A program made the position numbers and the translations under genes. A stretch of 38,317 nt of DNA, taken from a bacterium. Lineage in GTDB: Bacteria; Patescibacteriota; Minisyncoccia; Phycocordibacterales; UBA918. Shown piece by piece: positions 17,769 through 26,846 of the stretch. How positions within the stretch are numbered: the stretch's first letter is position 1; every line of letters starts with the position of its first letter. The notes beneath the pieces were generated by a model that saw only the letters and a list, made by a program, of their open reading frames with translations, did not search any database and was not told the origin of the DNA. Where the stretch lies: positions 1 to 38,317 of the forward strand of contig JAUIFS010000003.1 in the NCBI GenBank assembly GCA_030430425.1, in the 5' to 3' direction.

Positions 17769-18163
17769 AAAGTTCTGGGAGACCTTTTTAGGGCCTTGCC
17801 TGGTATTTCTTGAAAACTTAGAAAGAAATATCGACAAGATTGAAACTGGGAGTTTCAGAAGGTTGCCAGCTGCGAATGCAGTGACAATCTCTACTGAACT
17901 TGTAAAGTTTTTAGTCCCTCTAATAAGGGAAACTAAGTTTTCTACAGGTGTCACGTAATACTCTTTGAGGATACGGTATACTGGTAAACATACGAGAAAG
18001 AGGTATCTATCCGGGATTGTGAGACGCGACTTGCAGTCCCCGCTAGGTACCTCTTTTTCTATCTCTGTAGGTTGCAGGAGGTAACGGTGTACACTTGGCA
18101 TTTTTTCAGACAAGAGTACAATAACCACACAAAATAATTACAATCGTTTAAGGAATCATTACT

Positions 18164-19174
18164 ATGAACAAAACAGGAATCATCAACAATAGTTCAACCG
18201 ACCCAAATAAAATTCTTCCCATGAAGTACAAGTGGGCGCGTGAACACTACAAAGCAGGAGTAAACAACAACTGGGTACCAGAAGAGATTTCAATGCAGCT
18301 CGACATTGAGCTCTGGAAAAAAACAGGAGAGGGAGCACTTTCAGAAGAAGAGCGCCGTATGATTCTTTGGAACCTCGGCTTTTTCTCAACTGCAGAGTCG
18401 CTTACCGCAAACAACCTGGTACTTGCTGTATACAACCACGTGACCAATCCAGAGTCACGGCAGTACTTGTTGCGACAGGCATATGAAGAGGCGATCCACA
18501 CCGATACATTTATCTACTGTTGTGACTCACTAGGGCTTGATCCAGACGAGATCTACAACATGTACGAGACGATTCCTTCAATTAAGGCGAAAGATGATTT
18601 TGTAGTTGATTTCACGAAGTCAGTATTTGATCCAAACTTCAAAACAGACTCAATTGAGAATATTCAGCGGTTTGTACATGATCTCATTGGGTTCTATGTG
18701 ATCATGGAAGGTATTTTCTTCTATGCAGGATTTGCCATGATTCTTTCAATGAAGCGACAAAATAAGATGGTAGGTGTGGGAGACCAATTCCAGTATATTC
18801 TCCGTGACGAATCCATTCACCTTGCATTTGGTATCGATCTTATCAATACCATTAAGGACGAAAACCCAGAGATTTGGACTGATGCATTCCAGGCCGATAT
18901 TCGGGAAAAGATCAAGAAAGCAGTTGAGCTTGAGATGGATTATGTAGATGATGCGATGCCTAACGGCTTCCTTGGACTCAATCCACAAACGGTGAAGGAC
19001 TATGTGGAACACATTGCTGACCGCCGGTTTGAGCGACTCGGTATGGAGACTGAGTATGGGAAAGACAACCCATTCCCGTGGATGAGTGAAATAGCCGATG
19101 TATCAAAAGAAAAGAACTTTTTTGAAACACAGGTTACTGAGTATCAGAACAGTGGTTCACTCGACTGGGACTAG
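18164..19174 (+). CDS. nrdB: Ribonucleotide reductase beta subunit, class Ic (Mn/Fe)-type signature
   Basis: FFSTAESL, EEAIHTDTF, MEGIFF, RDESIH, NFFE. Confidence 0.93.
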   Translation: MNKTGIINNSSTDPNKILPMKYKWAREHYKAGVNNNWVPEEISMQLDIELWKKTGEGALSEEERRMILWNLGFFSTAESLTANNLVLAVYNHVTNPESRQYLLRQAYEEAIHTDTFIYCCDSLGLDPDEIYNMYETIPSIKAKDDFVVDFTKSVFDPNFKTDSIENIQRFVHDLIGFYVIMEGIFFYAGFAMILSMKRQNKMVGVGDQFQYILRDESIHLAFGIDLINTIKDENPEIWTDAFQADIREKIKKAVELEMDYVDDAMPNGFLGLNPQTVKDYVEHIADRRFERLGMETEYGKDNPFPWMSEIADVSKEKNFFETQVTEYQNSGSLDWD

Positions 19175-19185
19175 CATTTCCCTCT

Positions 19186-19290
19186 AAAATCATCCAGTCT
19201 ACTTCGTTAAGCTGCGAAAAATAATTTCCATCGTACCGCTAAGTACGCTCCAATTATTTTTTTTGCTTGCCTCGTATCTCAAGCGATTTT
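19186..19290. repeat. REP-like ~105-bp imperfect palindrome, copy 1
   Basis: Homologous to 22500-22605; apex CGTACCGCTAAGTACG. Confidence 0.75.
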
Positions 19291-19391
19291 CTTGCAAAAA
19301 TAGAGATGCGGAGCAGAACAATTGAAAAACAGCACGGCGCCCAAAGGGCGCCGTGCTGTTTTTTGTTGTGACAAATTGCTAGAATGTATTC

Positions 19392-20330
19392 ATGCGAAGT
19401 GGGTTTATCGTTAGTTTGATTGCAACACTGCTGTTCACGGGCGGGTATTTTTACTACGTCGCAGAAGCAGTGTGTCCTGCACCGCTTGCGTACTCCATAG
19501 GGCAGCTTGATGAGGAATTCGGTCTTTCGTTTGATGAAGCAAAACTTGCAATCGCTGAAGCAGAAAGTGTCTGGGAAGATGCCACTGGACAAAATTTATT
19601 TACCTACGAAACTGATGCACCATTTACCATTAATTTTATATATGATGAACGGCAGGCGGTAGCAGATGCGGAGGATACATTTAAAGCACAGCTCGACCAA
19701 ACACAGAGTGCCAGTGACGCTATAAATGAAGCATATGAAACCCTTGTTACTGAATATAACAAGTTGCAGATTGAATACAGCAAACAGGCAAAGCGGTATG
19801 AAACAAACCTTGCTGCCTATAATGCGCAAGTTGGATCACTCAATGCGCAAGGAGGCGCAGACGAGAGTGAGTACGCGGTTTTGCAAGAGCGTAAAGAAGA
19901 GCTGGACGCAGAGCGTGTGCAGCTTAACGCACGCTCTGAGGAGCTCAATGCCCTCGTGGTTGAGATCAATGATATCAGTGAACGAGGAAATAAAATCGTG
20001 GAGACTTACAACCGAGGAGTAGAAGAATACAACGACACCTTTGGAGAAAAGCGCGAGTTTACCCAAGGTACGTACAGTACAGATGGGCGTATTGATATTT
20101 TTGCATTTTCCGATAGTCAGGAGCTGCGTATAGTGCTTGCGCATGAGCTTGGGCATGCACTTTCGCTTGACCATGTTGCGAATGAATCTTCCGTCATGTA
20201 CTTCCTTATTGGTGATCAGCCGGAAGAGCTTGTGGTTTCAGAGGAAGATATTGCAGAGTTTGTACGTGTTTGCAGTAACAGAAGTGTATGGGATACAATA
20301 CAGTTATCAATCAATAATTTTATACTATAG
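19392..20330 (+). CDS. Matrixin (M10-like) zinc metalloprotease with coiled-coil insert
   Basis: HELGHALSLDH and SVM Met-turn; N-terminal TM. Confidence 0.85.
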   Translation: MRSGFIVSLIATLLFTGGYFYYVAEAVCPAPLAYSIGQLDEEFGLSFDEAKLAIAEAESVWEDATGQNLFTYETDAPFTINFIYDERQAVADAEDTFKAQLDQTQSASDAINEAYETLVTEYNKLQIEYSKQAKRYETNLAAYNAQVGSLNAQGGADESEYAVLQERKEELDAERVQLNARSEELNALVVEINDISERGNKIVETYNRGVEEYNDTFGEKREFTQGTYSTDGRIDIFAFSDSQELRIVLAHELGHALSLDHVANESSVMYFLIGDQPEELVVSEEDIAEFVRVCSNRSVWDTIQLSINNFIL

Positions 20331-20333
20331 TTT

Positions 20334-21134
20334 ATGGATACTTTATTTTCTTATCGATACATGCGGATTATCATTGCAACACTTGGTGTGATGGCAATTC
20401 TTGCGGTGGCAGGCGCAGTGGCACACATGCTTAACCTTATTTCGTATGAGCCAAACTACACGACTATCAATGTAGAAGGTGTAGCGGAAGTGACTGCCAC
20501 ACCAGACATAGGATCATTTCGTTTTACCGTAGAGGCTGAGGCTGCAGACGTTGCAGAAGCACAGAAGCTCTCCGGAGAAAAGATCAATGACATTATGAGC
20601 TATCTTAAGAATGAAGGTGGTGTAGAAGAAAAAGATATTAAAACTACAGGATACAACGCACAGCCACGGTATGAATGGGAGCGTGAAAATTGCTTAAGTG
20701 GTTTTGGTTGTGAAAGTGAACGCGTGCTGAGAGGATATGTGGTGACACAAAATGTACAAGTGAAGGTACGCAATACTGCAAAAGCCGGAGAACTTATTGG
20801 GGGTGTTGGGGGGCGTGGTGCAACGAACATGAGCGGACTCTCGTTTGAGGTGGATGATATTGAAGCACTCAAAGAAGAAGCACGTCTCCTTGCAACTGCA
20901 GATGCTAAAGAAAAGGCAGAGCGCCTGGCAGATGAACTTGAGGTGCGACTGGGTGACGTGGTGAGTTTTAATGATGGTGGCGGGCGATACCCAATGCCGA
21001 TGATGGAAAGCCGCGCGGTGATGATGGACGCTGCGTATGGTGGAGATATGGAAGAAGAGGCGTTCGCACCTGACATTGCAGTAGGGGAGGATACTATTAC
21101 TGCTCGCGTCACCATTACCTATCAAATAAAGTAG
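20334..21134 (+). CDS. SIMPL (DUF541) domain protein
   Basis: INVEGVAEVTATPD, DIKTTGY, DAKEKAE.LA, VTITYQI. Confidence 0.9.
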   Translation: MDTLFSYRYMRIIIATLGVMAILAVAGAVAHMLNLISYEPNYTTINVEGVAEVTATPDIGSFRFTVEAEAADVAEAQKLSGEKINDIMSYLKNEGGVEEKDIKTTGYNAQPRYEWERENCLSGFGCESERVLRGYVVTQNVQVKVRNTAKAGELIGGVGGRGATNMSGLSFEVDDIEALKEEARLLATADAKEKAERLADELEVRLGDVVSFNDGGGRYPMPMMESRAVMMDAAYGGDMEEEAFAPDIAVGEDTITARVTITYQIK

Positions 21135-21327
21135 TAAAATTACTTAGTCTACTTTGTTAGACTGCAAAAAAAGACCCTCGCTGGGCACGTGCCCCACTCG
21201 GGTCTTTTTTCTTGTCTGCCTTGTATCCTAAGCAATTTTACTACTTTATTAATTACAATGTCCTGCATGTTTGCTTTTTATTATTTTTATGATATTTTTC
21301 AAAATAATATGATCTTTGGAGGCTATA

Positions 21328-21636
21328 ATGACAAAACGAACGACACTTACTGTTTCCAAAGCCGTGCCAAAGGAAGTGGCAAGGTTGCTTGAGAAGCATA
21401 TTGATGTTCAGGAGACTAATGAGTCTTCCGATCATTCTGCTTTTAATTGTGTGCATCGAGATTTTGAAGGAGACGGAGTTCCTGAGGTATATAACCGAAT
21501 TGACGATGCTGCGCTCGCTGCAGGAGTTGACCCGGATGCAGTACCTGTTGAACCAGGTGCTGAGTGCCCGCAAGTTGCACTGGAGGATGATCCTCTATGC
21601 GCACATATCATCGAACAAAAAATGAAGAAGCTGTGA
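21328..21636 (+). CDS. Hypothetical acidic protein
   Basis: GGAGG SD 5 nt before ATG 21328. Confidence 0.5.
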   Translation: MTKRTTLTVSKAVPKEVARLLEKHIDVQETNESSDHSAFNCVHRDFEGDGVPEVYNRIDDAALAAGVDPDAVPVEPGAECPQVALEDDPLCAHIIEQKMKKL

Positions 21637-21755
21637 TGTCTGCTATCCGGCGGCACTTTGTGCCGCCGGACTTTACTTTTTTTAAAACAGGAGTATCATT
21701 GTGTGTATCAAGTCCAGCGGGGCTTTTTATTTTACCCAACTATATCTATATCATT

Positions 21756-21938
21756 ATGAGTCGACTAGGAAACTACTTCCGTGACACTGCTGCAGAAATG
21801 AAGCATGTATCATGGCCAACACAAACACAGGCGTTTGTCTATACACTGCTTGTTATCGCGGTGTCAGGTATCGTTGCACTTTTCTTAGGTGCGTTTGATT
21901 ACCTCTTTACACAAATTCTTGACAAGTTACTTGGCTAA
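21756..21938 (+). CDS. secE: Preprotein translocase subunit SecE
   Basis: EMKHVSWPT...T..VI...F.GAFD; directly before nusG. Confidence 0.93.
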   Translation: MSRLGNYFRDTAAEMKHVSWPTQTQAFVYTLLVIAVSGIVALFLGAFDYLFTQILDKLLG

Positions 21939-21949
21939 CAACTTTTATT

Positions 21950-22501
21950 ATGTCAATGCAAAAACAACAAACAGGTGGTGAGCGCCACTGGTACGCAATT
22001 CACACCTACTCAGGGTATGAAAACGCGGTAGCACGAAATCTTAAGCAGCGTATGGAGTCTTTAAACATGCAAGACCAGATTTTCGACGTGGTAGTACCAA
22101 CAGAAAAGAAGGTGCGTGTTAAGGGTGGAAAGCGTGTCACTGAAGAAGAGAAGATGTATCCAGGATACGTATTGGTAGATATGATTGTAAATGATGAGTC
22201 GTGGTACGTCGTACGAAACACGCCGCGCGTAACCGGTTTTGTTGGAAGTGGAACACAGCCAGTACCCCTGTCGCCAACAGAGTACGAAGCACTCATGAAC
22301 ATCATGTCTGATGAGACGGTGAAGCATAAAGTAGATCTTGCAATCGACGATATGGTGATGATCACTGACGGACCGTTCAAGGAACTTGAAGGAAAGATTG
22401 GTGAAGTAGATGAGGTAAGTGGTAAGGTAAAAGTGCTCGTGTCTATGTTTGGGCGGGAGACACCCGTTGAACTCGACTTTCTCCAGGTCAAAAAGGTTTA
22501 A
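21950..22501 (+). CDS. nusG: Transcription factor NusG
   Basis: WYAIHTYSGYE, PGYVLV, RNTPRVTGFVG, DGPF, MFGRETPVEL. Confidence 0.97.
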   Translation: MSMQKQQTGGERHWYAIHTYSGYENAVARNLKQRMESLNMQDQIFDVVVPTEKKVRVKGGKRVTEEEKMYPGYVLVDMIVNDESWYVVRNTPRVTGFVGSGTQPVPLSPTEYEALMNIMSDETVKHKVDLAIDDMVMITDGPFKELEGKIGEVDEVSGKVKVLVSMFGRETPVELDFLQVKKV

Positions 22502-22605
22502 AATCACTTCATCTGCGTCGTTGCCGTGCGAAAAATTTTTCTCACCGTACCACTAAGTACGACTCGAAAAATTTTTTGCTAGCGCCTCGCACCTAAAGCA
22601 ATTTT
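22500..22605. repeat. REP-like imperfect palindrome, copy 2
   Basis: Homologous to 19186-19290; apex CGTACCACTAAGTACG. Confidence 0.75.
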
Positions 22606-22863
22606 AAACCTTTTTAGGCAACAAGAAGCAAAACAAAACCTCGTGTAACCATGAGGTTTTGTTTTTTTGACAGAGTGATGAAGGGTGTAGTTTTTTTGCT
22701 CCTCATCGTTCTTTATTTCGTTGTCACTTTCTTTTGAAGCTTTTGGAATAAGGTGTTTTCTCTTGCCAAAGTGATAAAAATTCTGTATTCTACGCGAGCT
22801 TCTATTGATATTCAGTAGCTATGGACTAGTGGGTATCTATAACAAACTTTTAAACAAAAAAGC

Positions 22864-23286
22864 ATGGCAAAACAAGTATTAAACAAAATTAAAGTACAAG
22901 CAATTGGAGGAAAGGCTACACCAGCGCCACCTCTTGGACCAGTGCTTGGACAGGCTGGTATTAACATTGGTGAATTCGTAAACCAATTCAACGACCAGAC
23001 ACGTGAGCGAATGGGGGAAGTGGTTCCAACAATCATTACAGTATATGACGATCGATCATTTACGTTTGAGTGTAAGACAGCTCCAGCATCACGCATGATC
23101 CTGAAGGCTATTGGTAAAGACAAAGGCTCTGGAAAGAACCTTGTTTCAAAAGCAGGGGAAATCACAAAGGCGCAGATTCGAGAAATTTCTGAAGCGAAGA
23201 TGCAAGATCTTAATGCAGCTTCACTTGAAGCAGCTGACAAGATCATTGAAGGTACGTGTAAAAGCATGGGGGTAAAGGTCATCTAA
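22864..23286 (+). CDS. rplK: 50S ribosomal protein L11
   Basis: GKATPAPPLGPVLG, VY.DRSFTF, KM.DLNA, GT.KSMG. Confidence 0.97.
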   Translation: MAKQVLNKIKVQAIGGKATPAPPLGPVLGQAGINIGEFVNQFNDQTRERMGEVVPTIITVYDDRSFTFECKTAPASRMILKAIGKDKGSGKNLVSKAGEITKAQIREISEAKMQDLNAASLEAADKIIEGTCKSMGVKVI

Positions 23287-23492
23287 ACGACCTTTACCGA
23301 GCTTTTGAGGCAGGTTCGACCGGAGGGAGAAATATGTCCAAAAGGTACACAGTCTCTGTAAGAAGTTAAAGCGATACAGACCATAATCCAAACAAAGCCT
23401 CTCGTTAGTTGACGGGAGGCTTTGTTTTTTGGTATAACAGCTACTGGAAATCATTCCAGGCATTGTTCACTTGACAGAAAGGAAGGTCTTCT

Positions 23493-24098
23493 ATGGCACC
23501 ACGCTTGCAGAAGCAGAAAAGTTTTTTTACTCCTCATGGAGGAAGCTCGTCACAGTTTGCGGTCGACGCAAACAGAAAGTATCCGCATCTACAGAAAAGT
23601 GTTGCTGTAATCGGTGTGCGCAAGAACGGAAAAGAGATGTGTCTGCTGCATCCCAGGAAAGCTGCTGAAGACATGCGTATCCCTCCACAGGGGAGGATTC
23701 AAAATCCTCAAGGAGATATGAGGCGTGAAGCACAACGAATCGTGAATGAAAAAGCTGGTCTTATGATTAACCTGGATCAGTTTTACTACCTTGGCTACGC
23801 ATTTACCGACCGGCATCATGCCAACGGTGATGTCACCAACAACGGTAAGCTGGTGCATTGGCTCTGTGCAGGGTTTGGTGATGATCCAAAGCTTGAACAA
23901 ACATACAGCAAGAATGAGTACGCTGATATTGTTGAATGGTGGCATGTGAAAGGTGTTCTTGGTCAAATGGCTGATCTGGATATGATGAGCGCACGAAAGC
24001 TTTACATGCTCGAGTCAGCAATCATTGAGATGCCTGACTATCATCCAGGCTTCAAGGCGAAGGTATTCCAAGACCATGCTATTTCAGTCGATGCATAA
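23493..24098 (+). CDS. Hypothetical protein, possibly degenerate Nudix fold
   Basis: PPQGRI...EAQRIVNEKAGL; purine-rich SD. Confidence 0.5.
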   Translation: MAPRLQKQKSFFTPHGGSSSQFAVDANRKYPHLQKSVAVIGVRKNGKEMCLLHPRKAAEDMRIPPQGRIQNPQGDMRREAQRIVNEKAGLMINLDQFYYLGYAFTDRHHANGDVTNNGKLVHWLCAGFGDDPKLEQTYSKNEYADIVEWWHVKGVLGQMADLDMMSARKLYMLESAIIEMPDYHPGFKAKVFQDHAISVDA

Positions 24099-24155
24099 TG
24101 TAGACACGTCCCGGAATTTTCCGGGGCGTTTTTTCTGTGCTACCATTGCGCCATT

Positions 24156-24866
24156 ATGCAGCTTATACCAGTGAAAACCAGACGTGTTGAACTCCCAAAG
24201 GACGACCTCTTTGCAGTACTTGACGAGTCTTTATCTTCTGTTCAAGAGAAGGATGTGGTGCTCATTTCTTCAAAGATCGTTGCTATTGGGGAAGGGAGGA
24301 CGGTGGAAGCATCAATGGTGAATAAACAGGAGCTTGTAGAAGCGGAAGCTACACTCTGTATTCCACGTGCATACTGGAAGTCACCTTTAACTGTAGTTGC
24401 CAACGCGTTTATTGGTACCTCGGGAATTGATGAAAGTAATGCTGATGGATATCTTGTGATGCTCCCGGAAGCCCCGTTTAAAAGTGCAAAAGAAATTCAT
24501 GCGTACATAAAGAATCGTTTCGCTCTAGAAAAAGTTGGTGTGGTCATTACTGATAGTCACTCACAGCCACTACGTCGCGGAGCGTCTGGTATCTCAATTG
24601 GTTTCTGGGGTTTTGAGCCAGTAGTGGATCATGTTGGTAAAAAGGATTTGTTCGGAAGAAAGATACAAATAGAGCAGTCAAATCTCGTTGATGGGCTCGC
24701 TGCTGCAGCTACGGTTGTGATGGGTGAAGTTGATGAGTGCCAGCCAGTGGTGATTGCACGCGATGTGCCTAGTCTGCAGTTTACTGAAGAAAACCGCAAA
24801 GATATTGCATATGTTTCACCCGAGAACGATACATTCCGGGTGTTGTACGAACGATTTTTAAAATAG
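24156..24866 (+). CDS. CofE-like gamma-glutamyl ligase (probable folate polyglutamylation)
   Basis: SSKIV..GEGR, GIDESN, VVITDSH..PLRRG, VMGE..E.QP; next to folA. Confidence 0.85.
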   Translation: MQLIPVKTRRVELPKDDLFAVLDESLSSVQEKDVVLISSKIVAIGEGRTVEASMVNKQELVEAEATLCIPRAYWKSPLTVVANAFIGTSGIDESNADGYLVMLPEAPFKSAKEIHAYIKNRFALEKVGVVITDSHSQPLRRGASGISIGFWGFEPVVDHVGKKDLFGRKIQIEQSNLVDGLAAAATVVMGEVDECQPVVIARDVPSLQFTEENRKDIAYVSPENDTFRVLYERFLK

Positions 24867-24892
24867 AAACCTTTCAATCGATTGAAAGGTTT
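24867..24892. terminator. Palindromic hairpin between convergent genes
   Basis: AAACCTTTCAATCGATTGAAAGGTTT. Confidence 0.6.
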
Positions 24893-25402
24893 TTATTTTC
24901 GTATGTAGTCTATCCACTGATACTTTAGTCCGTTGTGTTCAGCTACAGGATGCTCTGTTACCACTTCAAAGTCTTCTTCAAATATAGGGAAGTGCGTGTC
25001 GCCCTCTGTGTCGTCGTCGAAAAAAGTAAGATGCAGTTTTGAGACATAAGGAAGTGCGAGTTTGTATAGTTCTGCACCACCACCAATGTGTATTTCTTCG
25101 GGGTCTTCAGCTTGTGCTCTGGCAAGCGCATCTACAAAAGAGTGTTCAATAATAGCTCCTTCATGGGCGTAGGATTCGTCCCGTGTGACTACAATATTGG
25201 TACGTCCCGGTAGTGGTTTGCCGAGTATTTCAAGAATGGACTCAAATGTTTTTCTCCCCATGATAATTGGATGCCCGACGGTGAGCTGTTTAAAGCGCTT
25301 CAGGTCTTCCGGCACATGCCACAAAAGACCATTGTCTTTACCAATAGCGCGCGTTTGCTTGCTCATCCCAGCAACGATTACAACAGGTACTTTCTTTGTC
25401 AT
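24893..25402 (-). CDS. folA: Dihydrofolate reductase
   Basis: IGKDN.L.W.VPEDLKRFK.LT, IMGRKTFES, PLPGR.NIV, IGGAELY, GDTHFP. Confidence 0.95.
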   Translation of the reverse strand: MTKKVPVVIVAGMSKQTRAIGKDNGLLWHVPEDLKRFKQLTVGHPIIMGRKTFESILEILGKPLPGRTNIVVTRDESYAHEGAIIEHSFVDALARAQAEDPEEIHIGGGAELYKLALPYVSKLHLTFFDDDTEGDTHFPIFEEDFEVVTEHPVAEHNGLKYQWIDYIRK

Positions 25403-25443
25403 ATCCTCTGCAGTATACTATGATTCACGATAACGATATAGAT

Positions 25444-25968
25444 ATGGCTATTAACGCAGGAATTTTTGGAGACCGAACCGCTTTTGAAGATCGATATATT
25501 GAAGATCATGAAAAGCTACGGGAGCTGGTGGGGTATTGGAAAAACCTAGGTTTAAAAATTGTACTTACCTCAGGAACGTTTGACCTCTTTCATATTGGAC
25601 ATGCGCAGTACTTAGAAAAGGCGAAAGAGCTCGGTGACATTCTTATTGTTGGAGTTGATAGCGACGAGAAAGTGAAAGCGCGGAAGGGTCCTGATCGACC
25701 GGTGGTGCCAGAAAATGAACGTGTACTCATTCTTGCACACATGCGTCACGCAGATGTGATCACACTTAAGCATCTTGATGATGGTAGTAACAATCTAATT
25801 AAAGTGGTTTCGCCTGACATTTTAGTAGTGTCAAAGTCGACAAAGCATAAAGAGGGTGAGGTGGACGAGAAGGCGCAGTATTGCAAAGAGATTGTGCTCA
25901 TGGAGCCGCAGTCAGAAACAAGCACAAGCGCCAAGCTACGACTAATTCAAATCAAAAAAGATGCATAA
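25444..25968 (+). CDS. Cytidylyltransferase-like (TagD/RfaE-II family) nucleotidyltransferase
   Basis: TSGTFDLFHIGH, LIVGVDSD, KGPDRP, STS; start 25444 or 25420. Confidence 0.88.
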   Translation: MAINAGIFGDRTAFEDRYIEDHEKLRELVGYWKNLGLKIVLTSGTFDLFHIGHAQYLEKAKELGDILIVGVDSDEKVKARKGPDRPVVPENERVLILAHMRHADVITLKHLDDGSNNLIKVVSPDILVVSKSTKHKEGEVDEKAQYCKEIVLMEPQSETSTSAKLRLIQIKKDA

Positions 25969-26809
25969 AAAAATTGGTGTTGCGTATATTCCTGTACTAC
26001 ACAAAGGATATATCGATTTCTTAGAATCGCTCATACAAGAGAGTGTAGAGAAATTGTACTTGGTTGGTGACGAGATACTGGAAGCTCATGAAGAGCTTGA
26101 CTACATCAACCGAAAAGATCGCTTGCGTGCAGTTCCGGTTGAAACAATGAAAGCTTCATTGGAAGCGACAACAAATTTTGATATAGAGATACTCACACCT
26201 ACTACTGTTGTTTCTGCAGAGACGATCGTGACACCACGAGAAGATATTGGTGAAGTGATTGTGCAAACGTACTTTACAGACAAAGTTATTGAGTACCGCA
26301 ATGTATTTGTACGACGCGACAAACACACTATCGGAGAGGAGTCACATCCGGAAGCAGCTGAAATTATTTCAATGGACAGTTTTTCAAAAGAGATATGGGA
26401 TGACGTGCTTGCAGAAGCTGAAAAAAGTGCTGATTGGTATCGGCGCGTAGGTGCAGCGTTGGTGAAAGATGGAAAAGTTGTATACGTGACCCATAACGAG
26501 CATATGCCGGAAGAGCAATTACCCAACATTGAAGGGGATGCGCGCGCATTATTTAAGAAAGGGGTACATATCAATTATGTAACTGCTGCACACGCAGAAG
26601 TGGCAGCAATTGGAGCAGCAGCAAGAGAGGGGATTGCGACAGAGGGAGCAGAATTGTTTGTGACTGACTTCCCGTGCCCATACTGTGCGCGACTGATTGC
26701 AAAAGCGGGTATTGCAAAAGTGTATTTCCTGAAAGGGTATGCAGTGCTAGAGGGAGACGTTTTCCTTAAAGAAGCAAATGTTGAGGTGATCAAAGTTTCA
26801 CTCACGTAA
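25961..26809 (+). CDS. dCMP/cytidine deaminase-family protein with extra N-terminal domain
   Basis: HAE and PCPYC zinc motifs in C-terminal half. Confidence 0.85.
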   Translation: MHKKIGVAYIPVLHKGYIDFLESLIQESVEKLYLVGDEILEAHEELDYINRKDRLRAVPVETMKASLEATTNFDIEILTPTTVVSAETIVTPREDIGEVIVQTYFTDKVIEYRNVFVRRDKHTIGEESHPEAAEIISMDSFSKEIWDDVLAEAEKSADWYRRVGAALVKDGKVVYVTHNEHMPEEQLPNIEGDARALFKKGVHINYVTAAHAEVAAIGAAAREGIATEGAELFVTDFPCPYCARLIAKAGIAKVYFLKGYAVLEGDVFLKEANVEVIKVSLT

Positions 26810-26846
26810 AAAAGCCCAGCAGTGGATGCGGGGCTTTTGTATATAC

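Noticed and set aside
17754-18128. 124-aa minus-strand ORF between nrdA and nrdB
   Set aside because: No recognisable motif; runs through repeat hairpins
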